A stretch of 64,000 nt of DNA from the NCBI RefSeq assembly GCF_000027125.1, contig NC_017626.1. One strand, given 5' to 3'. The stretch comes from Escherichia coli 042. GTDB lineage: Bacteria; Pseudomonadota; Gammaproteobacteria; Enterobacterales; Enterobacteriaceae. Of this stretch, positions 14,203-29,627 are shown one piece after another (the first letter of the stretch is position 1; the number at the start of each line of letters is the position of its first letter). The notes under the pieces were generated by a model that saw only the letters and a list, made by a program, of their open reading frames with translations, ran no database searches and had not been told where the DNA came from. Position numbers and translations under genes: made by a program.

Positions 14203-15156
14203 ATGCGTTTCAGTACCCAGATGATGTACCAGCAAAACATGCGCGGCATCACCAACTCTCAGGCAGAATGGATGAAGTACGGCGAACAGATGTCGACGGG
14301 TAAGCGAGTCGTTAACCCTTCAGATGATCCCATTGCTGCATCACAAGCTGTTGTTCTCTCCCAGGCACAGGCGCAAAACAGCCAGTACACGCTGGCGCGT
14401 ACTTTCGCCACTCAAAAAGTGTCACTGGAAGAGAGTGTACTTAGCCAGGTCACCACCGCTATCCAGAATGCTCAGGAAAAAATTGTCTACGCCAGCAATG
14501 GCACCTTGAGTGACGATGACCGGGCCTCGCTGGCTACGGATATTCAGGGGCTTCGTGACCAGTTGCTGAATCTGGCGAACACCACTGACGGTAACGGGCG
14601 CTACATTTTTGCCGGTTATAAAACAGAATCCGCACCGTTTAGCGAGGCGGATGGCAAATACGAAGGCGGAGCAGAAAGTATTAAACAACAGGTCGATGCT
14701 TCGCGTTCGATGGTGATAGGGCACACGGGTGACAAAATTTTCGACAGTATTACCAGCAACGCGGTAGCGGAACCAGACGGTAGCGCTTCTGAAACCAATC
14801 TTTTTGCCATGCTGGATAGCGCCATCGCAGCCCTGAAAACGCCGGTCGCGGATAGCGAAGCGGATAAAGAAACCGCCGCTGCGGCGTTAGATAAAACCAA
14901 CCGCGGACTGAAAAACTCGCTGAACAATGTCCTGACCGTTCGCGCGGAATTAGGCACGCAGCTGAACGAACTGGAGTCGCTGGATTCATTAGGTAGCGAT
15001 CGCGCATTAGGGCAAACGCAGCAGATGAGCGATCTGGTTGATGTGGACTGGAATGCAACTATTTCATCTTACATCATGCAGCAAACGGCATTGCAGGCAT
15101 CGTATAAAGCATTTACCGATATGCAGGGATTGTCGCTCTTCCAGCTCAACAAATAA
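14203..15156 (+). CDS. flgL: Flagellar hook-associated protein 3 FlgL
   Basis: 317-aa ORF, recognised FlgL; last gene of the cluster. Confidence 0.92.
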   Translation: MRFSTQMMYQQNMRGITNSQAEWMKYGEQMSTGKRVVNPSDDPIAASQAVVLSQAQAQNSQYTLARTFATQKVSLEESVLSQVTTAIQNAQEKIVYASNGTLSDDDRASLATDIQGLRDQLLNLANTTDGNGRYIFAGYKTESAPFSEADGKYEGGAESIKQQVDASRSMVIGHTGDKIFDSITSNAVAEPDGSASETNLFAMLDSAIAALKTPVADSEADKETAAAALDKTNRGLKNSLNNVLTVRAELGTQLNELESLDSLGSDRALGQTQQMSDLVDVDWNATISSYIMQQTALQASYKAFTDMQGLSLFQLNK

Positions 15157-15249
15157 GCTCGCTTTAAAACATATCATGAAACTGGGTATGTTTTCTCTGC
15201 CTGCTCTGGGATCGCCGGGGCGGGCATTTTTTGCATGAGACATAACGAA

Positions 15250-16034
<785 letters not shown>

Positions 16035-16065
16035 AAATATATCCTTCGGCTTTGCATGGATGATA

Positions 16066-16095
16066 ATTATACAGCGCATGTAACGCTAATGTCAT
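16066..16095 (-). promoter_or_regulatory. Putative sigma-70 promoter of the toxin-antitoxin operon
   Basis: Minus strand reads ATGACA-N18-TATAAT, about 30 nt upstream of the antitoxin ATG; overlaps a short imperfect inverted repeat (GTAATGACATTAGCGTTAC) that could be the operator. Confidence 0.45.
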
Positions 16096-16117
16096 TACAA
16101 CAAAGATGCTACCCTGA

Positions 16118-16146
16118 AATAAAAAAGCCCTGGCAGTTACCAGGGC
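16118..16146 (-). terminator. Intrinsic terminator downstream of rne
   Basis: Perfect 7-bp stem GCCCTGG / CCAGGGC with 6-nt loop (16127-16146), followed on the minus strand by TTTTTTATTT; lies just after the rne stop codon. Confidence 0.6.
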
Positions 16147-16166
16147 TTGATTGCTTGAGCTAATTA

Positions 16167-19100
16167 TTACTCAACAGGTTGCGGACGCGCAGGAGCGGCA
16201 GAGGCATGATGCGTTGCCGTATGACCACCTGCGGCACCTTTGCCTTCGAAGGCAAAAGTAGGGCGCTGCCAGTCACTGTGACGCGGTGCCTCCGGAACAT
16301 ATTCCGGTGCCGGAGCGCGCGTCATTGGCGCGGTAGCGTGGTTATGCTCAACGGTGACCTCAGGTTTAACCGCGGCTACCGTTTCAACTTCTGCTGCGAC
16401 TTCAGCGACGACAGGCGCGGCAGGTTGAGCAACAACTTCAGGTTCAGCAACCACAACCTCAGCAGTTTCGGCAACTTCTTCAATATCTGCCGTCTCTTCC
16501 TGCGGTTCAACCACCGGTTCTGCGTGTTCTGCAACTTCCTGGGCTACGGCAACATCAGTCTCGGTAATCACCTGCGGCTGTTCAGTTACCGCGGCGGCAA
16601 TCACTTCAGGATGCGTCGTTTCAACCACTTCCGGTTGCGGTTCGGCAACCTGAACGGGGGCTTCTACAACTTCAGCCACTTCTTCAACAACCGGTGCGCT
16701 AACAACAGGTTCGACAGCGGCGGCGACAGGGACCTCAGTCACCATCGGCTGCACTTGTACTTCTTCCTGTTCGCGCTGCTCTTCGACCTGTACATCTTGC
16801 GGACGTACAATTGGATAGCGGATCCAGACTTTGCCAGAGGCCAGTTCCGGAGATGCGCACGCTACGGTCAACGGCATTGGCGATTGGGTTGGATAACGCT
16901 CGTCACGATAGCGACGACGACGCTGACCACTCACGCGCAGGTGACGAGGCGAGCGGCGAGAACGACGCGGCATGCCACCGTTGTCACGGTTATCGGCATT
17001 GTTCTCTTCTTGCTGTTCTGGTGCAGCTTGCGCTACGACTGGCAGCGGGACTTTCACCAGTTCTGTGCGTGGAGCTGGCGCTTCCTGAACAATTGGTTCG
17101 GCAGCGACAGTTTCTTCAACCACCGGTGCGACTACCGCTTCTTCGGCTACGCTTTGCTCGTAACGCACTTTCTGATTGAGCTGACGCTGTTTACGACGCG
17201 GCTGAACCGGACGTACACGTTCTTCCTGTTCGGTTTCCTGAACAGATTGCTCTTCAACATTCAGCGCCTTCGCTTCTTGTTGCGCCTGACGTTTATCATC
17301 GTTACGGCGGCGGCTACGTTCACGACGCGGCGCTTGCTGCTCGTCGGTGGTACGCGCTTTTTCCGTTACCTCAGCCTGCTGACGGCTCTCACGCGTCTCG
17401 GCAGTCTGCTGCTGTGCCTGGCGACGATTACGACGGTTTTCTTCGCGATTATCGCTGCCTTCTGTACGTTCACTACGGGTATCGCGGCGCTCATTACGGT
17501 CACGGCGGTTGTTCTGACGAGGCTTGCGACGATCCTGTTGACGTTCCGGTTTCGCTTCTGCTTTCGGTGCTGGTTGCTCGGTCGGTTTGGTTTCTTCACC
17601 ACCGCTGAACAGCGCTTTCAGTGCGCCGAAGAAGCGGCTTAACAGCCCAGGTTGTGCAGGAGCTGCTGGTGTTGCCGGTGCAGCTTTAGGTGCTGGGGCT
17701 ACGACAGGCGCGGCAGGTTCAGCTGGGGTTGGTGCTGGCGGCACATCCGGCATGGCAAAGGTAGCCAGCGCAGGTTGTTCCGGACGCTTACGTTCAGCGA
17801 ACTCTTCTTCAGACGGCAGCGCCATCGCTTCTTCATGCAGCTTCGGCAGCATGTAGCTTAAGGTTGGGGTTTCTTCCCCTTTGCGCACGCGCAGCACATG
17901 GTAGTGCGGGGTTTCCATCTGATCGTTTGGCACAATCACACAGCGCACGCCGTCCTGACGAGTTTCAATCGCATTCACTGCAGAACGTTTTTCATTCAGC
18001 AGATAAGAAGCGATTGGCACAGGAACAATGGCGTGAACTTCCTGGGTGTTCTCTTTCAGCGCTTCTTCTTCGATCAGACGCAGAATAGAGAGCGACAGCG
18101 ATTCGTTGTCACGCACGGTACCGGTACCGGAGCAGCGCGGGCAGACGTGATGGCTGGATTCACCCAATGATGGGCTCAGGCGCTGACGGGACATTTCCAG
18201 CAGGCCAAAGCGAGAAATATGGCTGATTTGAATACGCGCACGGTCCTGACGCACCGCTTCACGCAGACGGTTTTCTACCGCACGCTGGTGGCGTACTGGC
18301 GTCATGTCGATGAAGTCGATAACAATCAGGCCGCCGAGGTCACGCAGGCGCAGCTGACGAGCAATCTCATCGGCAGCTTCGAGGTTGGTGTTAAACGCGG
18401 TTTCTTCGATATCGCCGCCGCGGGTCGCGCGTGCGGAGTTGATGTCGATGGCCGTTAACGCTTCGGTGCTGTCGATAACAATGGAACCACCAGACGGCAG
18501 ACGAACTTCACGCTGGAAGGCGGACTCAATCTGTGACTCGATCTGGTAGTGGCTGAACAGCGGGATCTCGCCGGTGTACAGTTTGATTTTGCTGCTGAAA
18601 TCCGGGCGACCTAATGCAGCGATATGCTGACGTGCCAGTTCGAGCACTTTCGGGTTATCGATAAGGATTTCGCCGATGTCCTGACGTAAGTAATCGCGGA
18701 ATGCGCGAACGATGACGTTGCTCTCCTGATGAATCAGGAACGGAGCCGGGCGGCTTTCAGCGGCTTTTTTGATGGCTTCCCAGTGTTTCAGACGGAAGCT
18801 TAAATCCCATTGCAGCGCCTCAGCAGATTTGCCGACGCCAGCGGTGCGCACGATTAGCCCCATGCCTTCCGGCAGTTCAAGGCTTGCCAGTGCTTCTTTT
18901 AATTCGGTACGGTCGTCGCCTTCGATACGACGAGAAATGCCACCCGCGCGCGGGTTGTTCGGCATCAGAACCAGATAGCTACCCGCCAGACTGATAAAGG
19001 TGGTTAATGCCGCGCCTTTGTTGCCGCGCTCTTCTTTATCGATCTGAACAATGACTTCCTGACCTTCACGCAACACATCTTTAATGTTGGGACGACCATG

Positions 19101-19352
19101 TGCACTGTAGTTAGCAGGGAAATATTCGCGGGCAATTTCTTTTAGTGGGAGGAAACCGTGACGTTCAGCGCCGTAATCAACAAAAGCAGCTTCCAGACTC
19201 GGTTCAATGCGGGTGATTTTACCTTTGTAGATGTTTGCCTTTTTCTGCTCGTGCCCTGGACTTTCGATATCCAGGTCATACAGACGCTGCCCATCTACAA
19301 GGGCAACGCGCAACTCTTCCTGCTGAGTTGCGTTGATTAACATTCTTTTCAT
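16167..19352 (-). CDS. rne: Ribonuclease E
   Basis: 1061-aa ORF; N-terminal catalytic domain [30 protein letters not shown] and Arg/Pro/Glu-rich low-complexity C-terminal scaffold region. Confidence 0.95.
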   Translation of the reverse strand: MKRMLINATQQEELRVALVDGQRLYDLDIESPGHEQKKANIYKGKITRIEPSLEAAFVDYGAERHGFLPLKEIAREYFPANYSAHGRPNIKDVLREGQEVIVQIDKEERGNKGAALTTFISLAGSYLVLMPNNPRAGGISRRIEGDDRTELKEALASLELPEGMGLIVRTAGVGKSAEALQWDLSFRLKHWEAIKKAAESRPAPFLIHQESNVIVRAFRDYLRQDIGEILIDNPKVLELARQHIAALGRPDFSSKIKLYTGEIPLFSHYQIESQIESAFQREVRLPSGGSIVIDSTEALTAIDINSARATRGGDIEETAFNTNLEAADEIARQLRLRDLGGLIVIDFIDMTPVRHQRAVENRLREAVRQDRARIQISHISRFGLLEMSRQRLSPSLGESSHHVCPRCSGTGTVRDNESLSLSILRLIEEEALKENTQEVHAIVPVPIASYLLNEKRSAVNAIETRQDGVRCVIVPNDQMETPHYHVLRVRKGEETPTLSYMLPKLHEEAMALPSEEEFAERKRPEQPALATFAMPDVPPAPTPAEPAAPVVAPAPKAAPATPAAPAQPGLLSRFFGALKALFSGGEETKPTEQPAPKAEAKPERQQDRRKPRQNNRRDRNERRDTRSERTEGSDNREENRRNRRQAQQQTAETRESRQQAEVTEKARTTDEQQAPRRERSRRRNDDKRQAQQEAKALNVEEQSVQETEQEERVRPVQPRRKQRQLNQKVRYEQSVAEEAVVAPVVEETVAAEPIVQEAPAPRTELVKVPLPVVAQAAPEQQEENNADNRDNGGMPRRSRRSPRHLRVSGQRRRRYRDERYPTQSPMPLTVACASPELASGKVWIRYPIVRPQDVQVEEQREQEEVQVQPMVTEVPVAAAVEPVVSAPVVEEVAEVVEAPVQVAEPQPEVVETTHPEVIAAAVTEQPQVITETDVAVAQEVAEHAEPVVEPQEETADIEEVAETAEVVVAEPEVVAQPAAPVVAEVAAEVETVAAVKPEVTVEHNHATAPMTRAPAPEYVPEAPRHSDWQRPTFAFEGKGAAGGHTATHHASAAPARPQPVE

Positions 19353-19713
19353 CGTAACTTACTCATTATTCTTACATTGACGACTAAGCTGCGGGCAAAG
19401 TAACGCCTTTCCGGGTGTGAACCGATGGCCTCGTGTCTAGTCGCGTCGCCAACCTCACGGTTATCGTTAGCTCAAAGAGGCGCAGAGTGTCGGTTGCCCG
19501 TTTTTCATGCGGAAAAACAGCGCAATTATCAAAGAAACAGACTGGGTATTACTCTCCAGAAATATTTCCATCTACCGGTAAGGACTGCAACCCGCAGCCC
19601 GCTAACTGCCTGAAAGATCAATACGTCTTACGCCATTGCTGCGTGGATGATCGGTCGGGCAAAATGGGTTATTCCGTAAAATTTCTTGTTTTAACAAGGA
19701 TGGACACGGAAAC
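19353..19713 (-). promoter_or_regulatory. rne 5' untranslated leader (autoregulatory) and promoter-proximal region
   Basis: About 360 nt between the rne ATG and the upstream region; E. coli rne is known to have a long structured 5' UTR that mediates RNase E autoregulation (established knowledge; boundaries approximate). Confidence 0.45.
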
Positions 19714-19924
19714 GGCCTCATTATTCCACTGCAAGCCTTGTTATAGCAAGATGACTTTTACCATTTATCACCCGCTTACTCACAGTTTTTTCACTTCTTG
19801 CTGGTGATTGGTTTAATAACCATCAATAAAGTGATCACGTAGTGAAGTAATAAGGTGCAAAACTAAATATAAGCATAGAAAAATGAGTGGCGCGAATCCT
19901 GTTGGCTAATTAGAATCGCCCACC

Positions 19925-20884
19925 ATGAAAACAGAGACTCCATCCGTAAAAATTGTTGCTATCACCGCTGACGAAGCGGGGCAACGTATCGATAACTTTT
20001 TGCGTACCCAATTGAAAGGCGTACCAAAAAGTATGATTTACCGTATTTTGCGTAAAGGCGAAGTGCGGGTGAACAAAAAACGTATTAAGCCTGAATATAA
20101 ACTCGAAGCGGGTGATGAGGTGCGTATCCCACCGGTTCGCGTTGCTGAACGGGAAGAAGAGGCGGTTTCGCCACATCTGCAAAAGGTGGCAGCGCTGGCG
20201 GACGTCATCTTATATGAAGATGACCATATCCTGGTGCTGAATAAACCTTCCGGTACGGCGGTACATGGCGGCAGTGGTTTAAGCTTCGGCGTTATCGAAG
20301 GTTTGCGGGCGTTGCGCCCGGAAGCGCGGTTCCTTGAACTGGTTCATCGTCTCGACCGGGACACTTCAGGTGTGTTGCTGGTAGCGAAAAAACGCTCGGC
20401 GTTGCGTTCTCTGCATGAGCAATTACGTGAAAAAGGGATGCAAAAAGATTACCTGGTGCTGGTGCGCGGTCAGTGGCAGTCGCATGTGAAGAGCGTTCAA
20501 GCGCCGTTGCTGAAAAATATTCTGCAAAGCGGCGAACGTATCGTGCGTGTGAGTCAGGAAGGCAAACCGTCGGAAACACGCTTTAAAGTGGAAGAACGCT
20601 ATGCTTTTGCCACCCTGGTGCGTTGTAGCCCGGTAACAGGGCGTACTCATCAGATCCGTGTTCATACACAGTATGCGGGTCATCCGATTGCCTTTGACGA
20701 TCGCTACGGTGACCGTGAATTTGACAGACAGCTCACTGAAGCCGGCACGGGATTAAATCGTCTGTTCCTGCACGCCGCAGCGTTGAAGTTTACCCATCCG
20801 GGGACCGGTGAGGTGATGCGTATCGAAGCGCCGATGGATGATGGTTTGAAGCGTTGTTTGCAAAAACTGCGTAACGCGCGCTAA
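19925..20884 (+). CDS. rluC: 23S rRNA pseudouridine synthase RluC
   Basis: 319-aa ORF with N-terminal S4 domain and RluA-family catalytic core (HRLDRDTSGVLLVAK); synteny with rne. Confidence 0.9.
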   Translation: MKTETPSVKIVAITADEAGQRIDNFLRTQLKGVPKSMIYRILRKGEVRVNKKRIKPEYKLEAGDEVRIPPVRVAEREEEAVSPHLQKVAALADVILYEDDHILVLNKPSGTAVHGGSGLSFGVIEGLRALRPEARFLELVHRLDRDTSGVLLVAKKRSALRSLHEQLREKGMQKDYLVLVRGQWQSHVKSVQAPLLKNILQSGERIVRVSQEGKPSETRFKVEERYAFATLVRCSPVTGRTHQIRVHTQYAGHPIAFDDRYGDREFDRQLTEAGTGLNRLFLHAAALKFTHPGTGEVMRIEAPMDDGLKRCLQKLRNAR

Positions 20885-20885
20885 T

Positions 20886-20932
20886 ACGAGCATATAAGCA
20901 TGATAATGGGCGGTTGGCCTGATAAGGCGTTT
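20886..20932. repeat. REP / palindromic unit (left half of the BIME interrupted by the IS)
   Basis: GGCCTGATAAGGCGTTT type REP sequence immediately flanking the IS left end. Confidence 0.5.
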
Positions 20933-21840
<908 letters not shown>

Positions 21841-22364
21841 TCCAGGAGATGCTCCTGCATGGCTTTCAGATATGCATTTTCTGCGCGAAGATAACGCAGC
21901 TCATTCTTCATCTCTTCCGGCGTCATGTTTGCCTCGTTTTCATGGGTATCATCAGAACGGGTCATGCTTTTCTCCTTCCTGCGCCTGATAAAGGCCTCAT
22001 TACCAGATTTGCGGTAGCCTTTTATCCAGTTTTTAACCGTGTTGTGGCTGGGAATGTTAAACCGGGCAGCTACCCGGGGTAGAGACTCAGAATGCCCGAG
22101 AGCATAAAGAACCACGCAAAGTTTATCTTCAGGAGAATAGCTACGCTTGTGTCTGCAATCCAGTGCCCGAGGACCGTGAAGAAGAAAAAGATTAATCCAG
22201 TGTGAGAGGCTGGTGTGAGAAAGTTGAAAGAGTTTTGCCGTAGAAATGATGCCTGCATGACCAGCCAGGTAATGATTTACAGCGGCAAGTTTTACTTCAA
22301 ATGAATGTTTCATAAACTGCACCTTCAGATGTCAGATTATGTCCAACATTTGGGGTGCAGTTCA

Positions 22365-22431
22365 GTTTACGCCGCATCAGGCTGCCAGCACCGATTGCCG
22401 GATGCGACGTAAACGCATCCGGCGCAGAAAA
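22365..22431. repeat. REP / palindromic units (right part of the BIME interrupted by the IS)
   Basis: GTTTACGCCGCATCAGGC...GCCGGATGCGACG...CGCATCCGGCGC: canonical REP palindromes. Confidence 0.5.
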
Positions 22432-23016
22432 CTATCCCATCAGCGGGTTTTTCCCTTCCCGACGTAACATCTGACACAGCGCGATTAGCGGTAAACCAAC
22501 CAGCGTGTTAGGATCACGCCCCTCTAAACGCTCAAACAGCGTAATGCCAAATCCTTCACTCTTAAAGCTACCCGCGCAGTGCAGGGGATGCTCTTTACGC
22601 ACGTAATTATCAATCTCCGCCTCGCTCAGGTGACGGAAATGGACGTCAAAAGGCTCCACTTCTGTTTGCAGATGCCCATTCGCCGAATTAAACAACGCCA
22701 GCCCAGTATAGAAGGTGACGATATTGCCGCTGGCTTTGCGTAATTGCAGACGGGCATTTTCTTCCGTTAACGGTTTACCGGTGATTTCGCCATCAAGAAC
22801 ACATACCTGGTCTGAACCAATAATTAAATGATCCGGATAACGTGACGCCAGAGATTGCGCTTTTTCTTGTGCCAGTCGAAGCACCAACTGTCGCGGTGAT
22901 TCGTCGCCGCGTGGGGTTTCGTCGACCTCGGGTGCTGCACATTCAAAAGAGATTTGCAGTTTTTCCAGAAGAGCGCGACGCCAGGGCGAGGTGGAGGCTA
23001 AAATAAGTTTAGGCAT
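22432..23016 (-). CDS. yceF: Maf-like nucleotide pyrophosphatase YceF
   Basis: ATG at 23016 gives 194 aa [21 protein letters not shown]; Maf family. Confidence 0.85.
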   Translation of the reverse strand: MPKLILASTSPWRRALLEKLQISFECAAPEVDETPRGDESPRQLVLRLAQEKAQSLASRYPDHLIIGSDQVCVLDGEITGKPLTEENARLQLRKASGNIVTFYTGLALFNSANGHLQTEVEPFDVHFRHLSEAEIDNYVRKEHPLHCAGSFKSEGFGITLFERLEGRDPNTLVGLPLIALCQMLRREGKNPLMG

Positions 23017-23202
23017 ATTTTTTTCCATCAGATATAGCGTATTGATGATAGCCATTTTAAACTATGCGCTTCGTTTTGCAGGTTGATGTTCGTTATCAGC
23101 ACTGAACGAAAATAAAGCAGTAACCCGCAATGTGTGCGAATTATTGGCAAAAGGCAACCACAGGCTGCCTTTTTCTTTGACTCTATGACGTTACAAAGTT
23201 AA

Positions 23203-23736
<534 letters not shown>

Positions 23737-23775
23737 TTGGTGCTCCCCGTTGGATCGGGGATAAACCGTAATTGA

Positions 23776-23961
<186 letters not shown>

Positions 23962-24041
23962 TCACGCGTCTGCGTGATGAAGCTTAGTGAGGATTTTCCC
24001 CAGGCAACTGGGGAAAGACCAAACCGGGCGGCGACGATACC

Positions 24042-25112
24042 TTGACACGTCTAACCCTGGCGTTAGATGTCATGGGAGGGGATTTTGGCCCTTCCGTGAC
24101 AGTGCCTGCAGCATTGCAGGCACTGAATTCTAATTCGCAACTCACTCTTCTTTTAGTCGGCAATCCCGACGCCATCACGCCATTACTTGCTAAAGCTGAC
24201 TTTGAACAACGTTCGCGTCTGCAGATTATTCCTGCGCAGTCAGTTATCGCCAGTGATGCCCGGCCTTCGCAAGCTATCCGCGCCAGTCGTGGGAGTTCAA
24301 TGCGCGTGGCCCTGGAGCTGGTGAAAGAAGGTCGAGCGCAAGCCTGTGTCAGTGCCGGTAATACCGGGGCGCTGATGGGGCTGGCAAAATTATTACTCAA
24401 GCCCCTGGAGGGGATTGAGCGTCCGGCGCTGGTGACGGTATTACCGCATCAGCAAAAGGGCAAAACGGTGGTCCTCGATTTAGGGGCCAACGTCGATTGT
24501 GACAGCACAATGTTGGTGCAATTTGCCATTATGGGCTCAGTCCTGGCTGAAGAGGTGGTGGAAATTCCCAATCCTCGCGTGGCGTTGCTCAATATTGGTG
24601 AAGAAGAAGTAAAGGGTCTCGACAGTATTCGAGATGCCTCAGCGGTGCTTAAAACAATCCCTTCTATCAATTATATCGGCTATCTTGAAGCCAATGAGTT
24701 GTTAACTGGCAAGACAGATGTGCTGGTTTGTGATGGCTTTACAGGAAATGTCACATTAAAGACGATGGAAGGTGTTGTCAGGATGTTTCTTTCTCTGCTG
24801 AAATCTCAGGGTGAAGGGAAAAAACGGTCGTGGTGGCTACTGTTATTAAAGCGTTGGCTACAAAAGAGCCTGACGAGGCGATTCAGTCACCTCAACCCCG
24901 ACCAGTATAACGGCGCCTGTCTGTTAGGATTGCGCGGCACGGTGATAAAAAGTCATGGTGCAGCCAATCAGCGAGCTTTTGCGGTCGCGATTGAACAGGC
25001 AGTGCAGGCGGTGCAGCGACAAGTTCCTCAGCGAATTGCCGCTCGCCTGGAATCTGTATACCCAGCTGGTTTTGAGCTGCTGGACGGTGGCAAAAGCGGA
25101 ACTCTGCGGTAG
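24042..25112 (+). CDS. plsX: Phosphate acyltransferase PlsX
   Basis: 356-aa ORF, recognised PlsX. Confidence 0.9.
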
Positions 25113-25179
25113 CAGGACGCTGCCAGCGAACTCGCAGTTTGCAAGTGACGGTATATAACCGAAAAGTGACTGAGCGTAC

Positions 25180-26133
25180 ATGTATACGAAGATTATTGGT
25201 ACTGGCAGCTATCTGCCCGAACAAGTGCGGACAAACGCCGATTTGGAAAAAATGGTGGACACCTCTGACGAGTGGATTGTCACTCGTACCGGTATCCGCG
25301 AACGCCACATTGCCGCGCCAAACGAAACCGTTTCAACCATGGGCTTTGAAGCGGCGACACGCGCAATTGAGATGGCGGGCATTGAGAAAGACCAGATTGG
25401 CCTGATCGTTGTGGCAACGACTTCTGCTACGCACGCTTTCCCGAGCGCAGCTTGTCAGATTCAAAGCATGCTGGGCATTAAAGGTTGCCCGGCATTTGAC
25501 GTTGCAGCAGCCTGCGCAGGTTTCACCTATGCATTAAGCGTAGCCGATCAATACGTGAAATCTGGGGCGGTGAAGTATGCTCTGGTCGTCGGTTCCGATG
25601 TACTGGCGCGCACCTGCGATCCAACCGATCGTGGGACTATTATTATTTTTGGCGATGGCGCGGGCGCTGCGGTGCTGGCTGCCTCTGAAGAACCGGGAAT
25701 CATCTCCACCCATCTGCATGCCGACGGTAGCTATGGTGAGTTGCTGACGCTGCCTAATGCTGACCGTGTGAATCCAGAGAATTCAATTCATCTGACGATG
25801 GCGGGCAACGAAGTCTTCAAGGTTGCGGTAACAGAACTGGCGCACATCGTAGATGAGACGCTGACGGCGAATAATCTTGACCGTTCTCAACTGGACTGGC
25901 TGGTTCCGCATCAGGCTAACCTGCGTATTATCAGTGCAACAGCGAAAAAACTCGGCATGTCGATGGACAATGTCGTGGTGACGCTGGATCGCCACGGTAA
26001 TACCTCTGCGGCCTCTGTCCCGTGCGCGCTGGATGAAGCTGTACGCGACGGGCGCATTAAGCCGGGGCAGTTGGTTCTGCTTGAAGCCTTTGGCGGTGGA
26101 TTCACCTGGGGCTCCGCGCTGGTTCGTTTCTAG
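25180..26133 (+). CDS. fabH: 3-oxoacyl-ACP synthase III FabH
   Basis: 317-aa ORF, recognised FabH (active-site Cys in AAACAGF). Confidence 0.95.
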   Translation: MYTKIIGTGSYLPEQVRTNADLEKMVDTSDEWIVTRTGIRERHIAAPNETVSTMGFEAATRAIEMAGIEKDQIGLIVVATTSATHAFPSAACQIQSMLGIKGCPAFDVAAACAGFTYALSVADQYVKSGAVKYALVVGSDVLARTCDPTDRGTIIIFGDGAGAAVLAASEEPGIISTHLHADGSYGELLTLPNADRVNPENSIHLTMAGNEVFKVAVTELAHIVDETLTANNLDRSQLDWLVPHQANLRIISATAKKLGMSMDNVVVTLDRHGNTSAASVPCALDEAVRDGRIKPGQLVLLEAFGGGFTWGSALVRF

Positions 26134-26148
26134 GATAAGGATTAAAAC

Positions 26149-27078
26149 ATGACGCAATTTGCATTTGTGTTCCCTGGACAGGGTTCTCAAACCGTTGGAA
26201 TGCTGGCTGATATGGCGGCGAGCTATCCAATTGTCGAAGAAACGTTTGCTGAAGCTTCTGCGGCGCTGGGCTACGACCTGTGGGCGCTGACCCAGCAGGG
26301 GCCAGCTGAAGAACTGAATAAAACCTGGCAAACCCAGCCAGCGCTGTTGACTGCATCTGTTGCGCTGTATCGCGTATGGCAGCAGCAGGGCGGTAAAGCA
26401 CCGGCAATGATGGCCGGTCACAGCTTGGGGGAATACTCCGCGCTGGTTTGCGCTGGTGTGATTGATTTCGCTGATGCGGTGCGTCTGGTTGAGATGCGCG
26501 GTAAGTTTATGCAGGAAGCCGTACCGGAAGGAACGGGTGCTATGGCGGCAATCATCGGTCTGGATGATGCGTCTATTGCGAAAGCGTGTGAAGAAGCTGC
26601 AGAAGGTCAGGTCGTTTCTCCGGTAAACTTTAACTCTCCGGGACAGGTGGTTATTGCCGGTCATAAAGAAGCAGTTGAGCGTGCTGGCGTTGCCTGTAAA
26701 GCTGCGGGCGCAAAACGCGCTCTGCCGTTACCAGTGAGCGTACCGTCTCACTGTGCGCTGATGAAACCAGCAGCCGACAAACTGGCAGTAGAATTAGCGA
26801 AAATCACCTTTAACGCATCAACAGTTCCTGTTGTGAATAACGTTGATGTGAAATGCGAAACCAATGGTGATGCCATCCGTGACGCACTGGTACGTCAGTT
26901 GTATAACCCGGTTCAGTGGACGAAGTCTGTTGAATACATGGCAGCGCAAGGCGTAGAACATCTCTATGAAGTCGGCCCGGGCAAAGTGCTTACTGGCCTG
27001 ACGAAACGCATTGTCGACACCCTGACCGCCTCGGCGCTGAACGAACCTTCAGCGATGGCAGCGGCGCTCGAGCTTTAA
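26149..27078 (+). CDS. fabD: Malonyl-CoA:ACP transacylase FabD
   Basis: 309-aa ORF with GHSLGE active-site motif. Confidence 0.95.
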   Translation: MTQFAFVFPGQGSQTVGMLADMAASYPIVEETFAEASAALGYDLWALTQQGPAEELNKTWQTQPALLTASVALYRVWQQQGGKAPAMMAGHSLGEYSALVCAGVIDFADAVRLVEMRGKFMQEAVPEGTGAMAAIIGLDDASIAKACEEAAEGQVVSPVNFNSPGQVVIAGHKEAVERAGVACKAAGAKRALPLPVSVPSHCALMKPAADKLAVELAKITFNASTVPVVNNVDVKCETNGDAIRDALVRQLYNPVQWTKSVEYMAAQGVEHLYEVGPGKVLTGLTKRIVDTLTASALNEPSAMAAALEL

Positions 27079-27090
27079 AAGAGGAAAATC

Positions 27091-27825
27091 ATGAGTTTTG
27101 AAGGAAAAATCGCACTGGTAACCGGTGCAAGCCGCGGAATTGGCCGCGCAATTGCTGAAACGCTCGCAGCCCGTGGCGCGAAAGTTATTGGCACTGCGAC
27201 CAGTGAAAATGGCGCTCAGGCGATCAGTGATTATTTAGGTGCCAACGGCAAAGGTCTGATGTTGAATGTGACCGACCCGGCATCTATCGAATCTGTTCTG
27301 GAAAAAATTCGCGCAGAATTTGGTGAAGTGGATATCCTGGTCAATAATGCCGGTATCACTCGTGATAACCTGTTAATGCGAATGAAAGATGAAGAGTGGA
27401 ACGATATTATCGAAACCAACCTTTCATCTGTTTTCCGTCTGTCAAAAGCGGTAATGCGCGCTATGATGAAAAAGCGTCATGGTCGTATTATCACTATCGG
27501 TTCTGTGGTTGGTACCATGGGAAATGGCGGTCAGGCCAACTACGCTGCGGCGAAAGCGGGCTTGATCGGCTTCAGTAAATCACTGGCGCGCGAAGTTGCG
27601 TCACGCGGTATTACTGTAAACGTTGTTGCTCCGGGCTTTATTGAAACGGACATGACACGTGCGCTGAGCGATGACCAGCGTGCGGGTATCCTGGCGCAGG
27701 TTCCTGCGGGGCGCCTCGGCGGCGCACAGGAAATCGCCAACGCGGTTGCATTCCTGGCATCCGACGAAGCAGCTTACATCACGGGTGAAACTTTGCATGT
27801 GAACGGCGGGATGTACATGGTCTGA
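27091..27825 (+). CDS. fabG: 3-oxoacyl-ACP reductase FabG
   Basis: 244-aa SDR-family ORF (TGASRGIG; YAAAK). Confidence 0.95.
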   Translation: MSFEGKIALVTGASRGIGRAIAETLAARGAKVIGTATSENGAQAISDYLGANGKGLMLNVTDPASIESVLEKIRAEFGEVDILVNNAGITRDNLLMRMKDEEWNDIIETNLSSVFRLSKAVMRAMMKKRHGRIITIGSVVGTMGNGGQANYAAAKAGLIGFSKSLAREVASRGITVNVVAPGFIETDMTRALSDDQRAGILAQVPAGRLGGAQEIANAVAFLASDEAAYITGETLHVNGGMYMV

Positions 27826-28035
27826 CCGCGATTTGCACAAAATGCTCATGTTGCGCGCAGTCTGCGTGGTTATGAGTAATAATTAGTGCAAAATGATTTG
27901 CGTTATTGGGGGGTAAGGCCTCAAAATAACGTAAAATCGTGGTAAGACCTGCCGGGATTTAGTTGCAAATTTTTCAACATTTTATACACTACGAAAACCA
28001 TCGCGAAAGCGAGTTTTGATAGGAAATTTAAGAGT

Positions 28036-28272
28036 ATGAGCACTATCGAAGAACGCGTTAAGAAAATTATCGGCGAACAGCTGGGCGTTAAGCAGGAAGA
28101 AGTTACCAACAATGCTTCTTTCGTTGAAGACCTGGGCGCGGATTCTCTTGACACCGTTGAGCTGGTAATGGCTCTGGAAGAAGAGTTTGATACTGAGATT
28201 CCGGACGAAGAAGCTGAGAAAATCACCACCGTTCAGGCTGCCATTGATTACATCAACGGCCACCAGGCGTAA
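28036..28272 (+). CDS. acpP: Acyl carrier protein
   Basis: 78-aa ORF with [20 protein letters not shown] phosphopantetheine attachment site. Confidence 0.97.
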
Positions 28273-28283
28273 GTGAACATCTC

Positions 28284-29602
<1,319 letters not shown>

Positions 29603-29627
29603 GTTGTCATTTCCCACCCTTATAAAA

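Noticed and set aside
15157-15249. Possible terminator hairpin between flgL and the toxin gene (GATCGCCGGGGCGGGCATTTTTT)
   Set aside because: The stem is weak and irregular; a T-run is present but the hairpin could not be convincingly drawn by eye, so it was not annotated.
16179-17642. Long plus-strand ORFs (up to 487 aa) antisense to rne
   Set aside because: They lie entirely inside the rne coding region opposite its low-complexity C-terminal part; the translations are repetitive Arg/Phe/Leu-rich without recognisable domains. Artefact of compositional bias.
19433-19807. 124-aa ORF between rne and rluC (yceQ position)
   Set aside because: Overlaps the rne 5' leader and promoter region; unusual composition; treated as non-coding (see finding) rather than called as a CDS.
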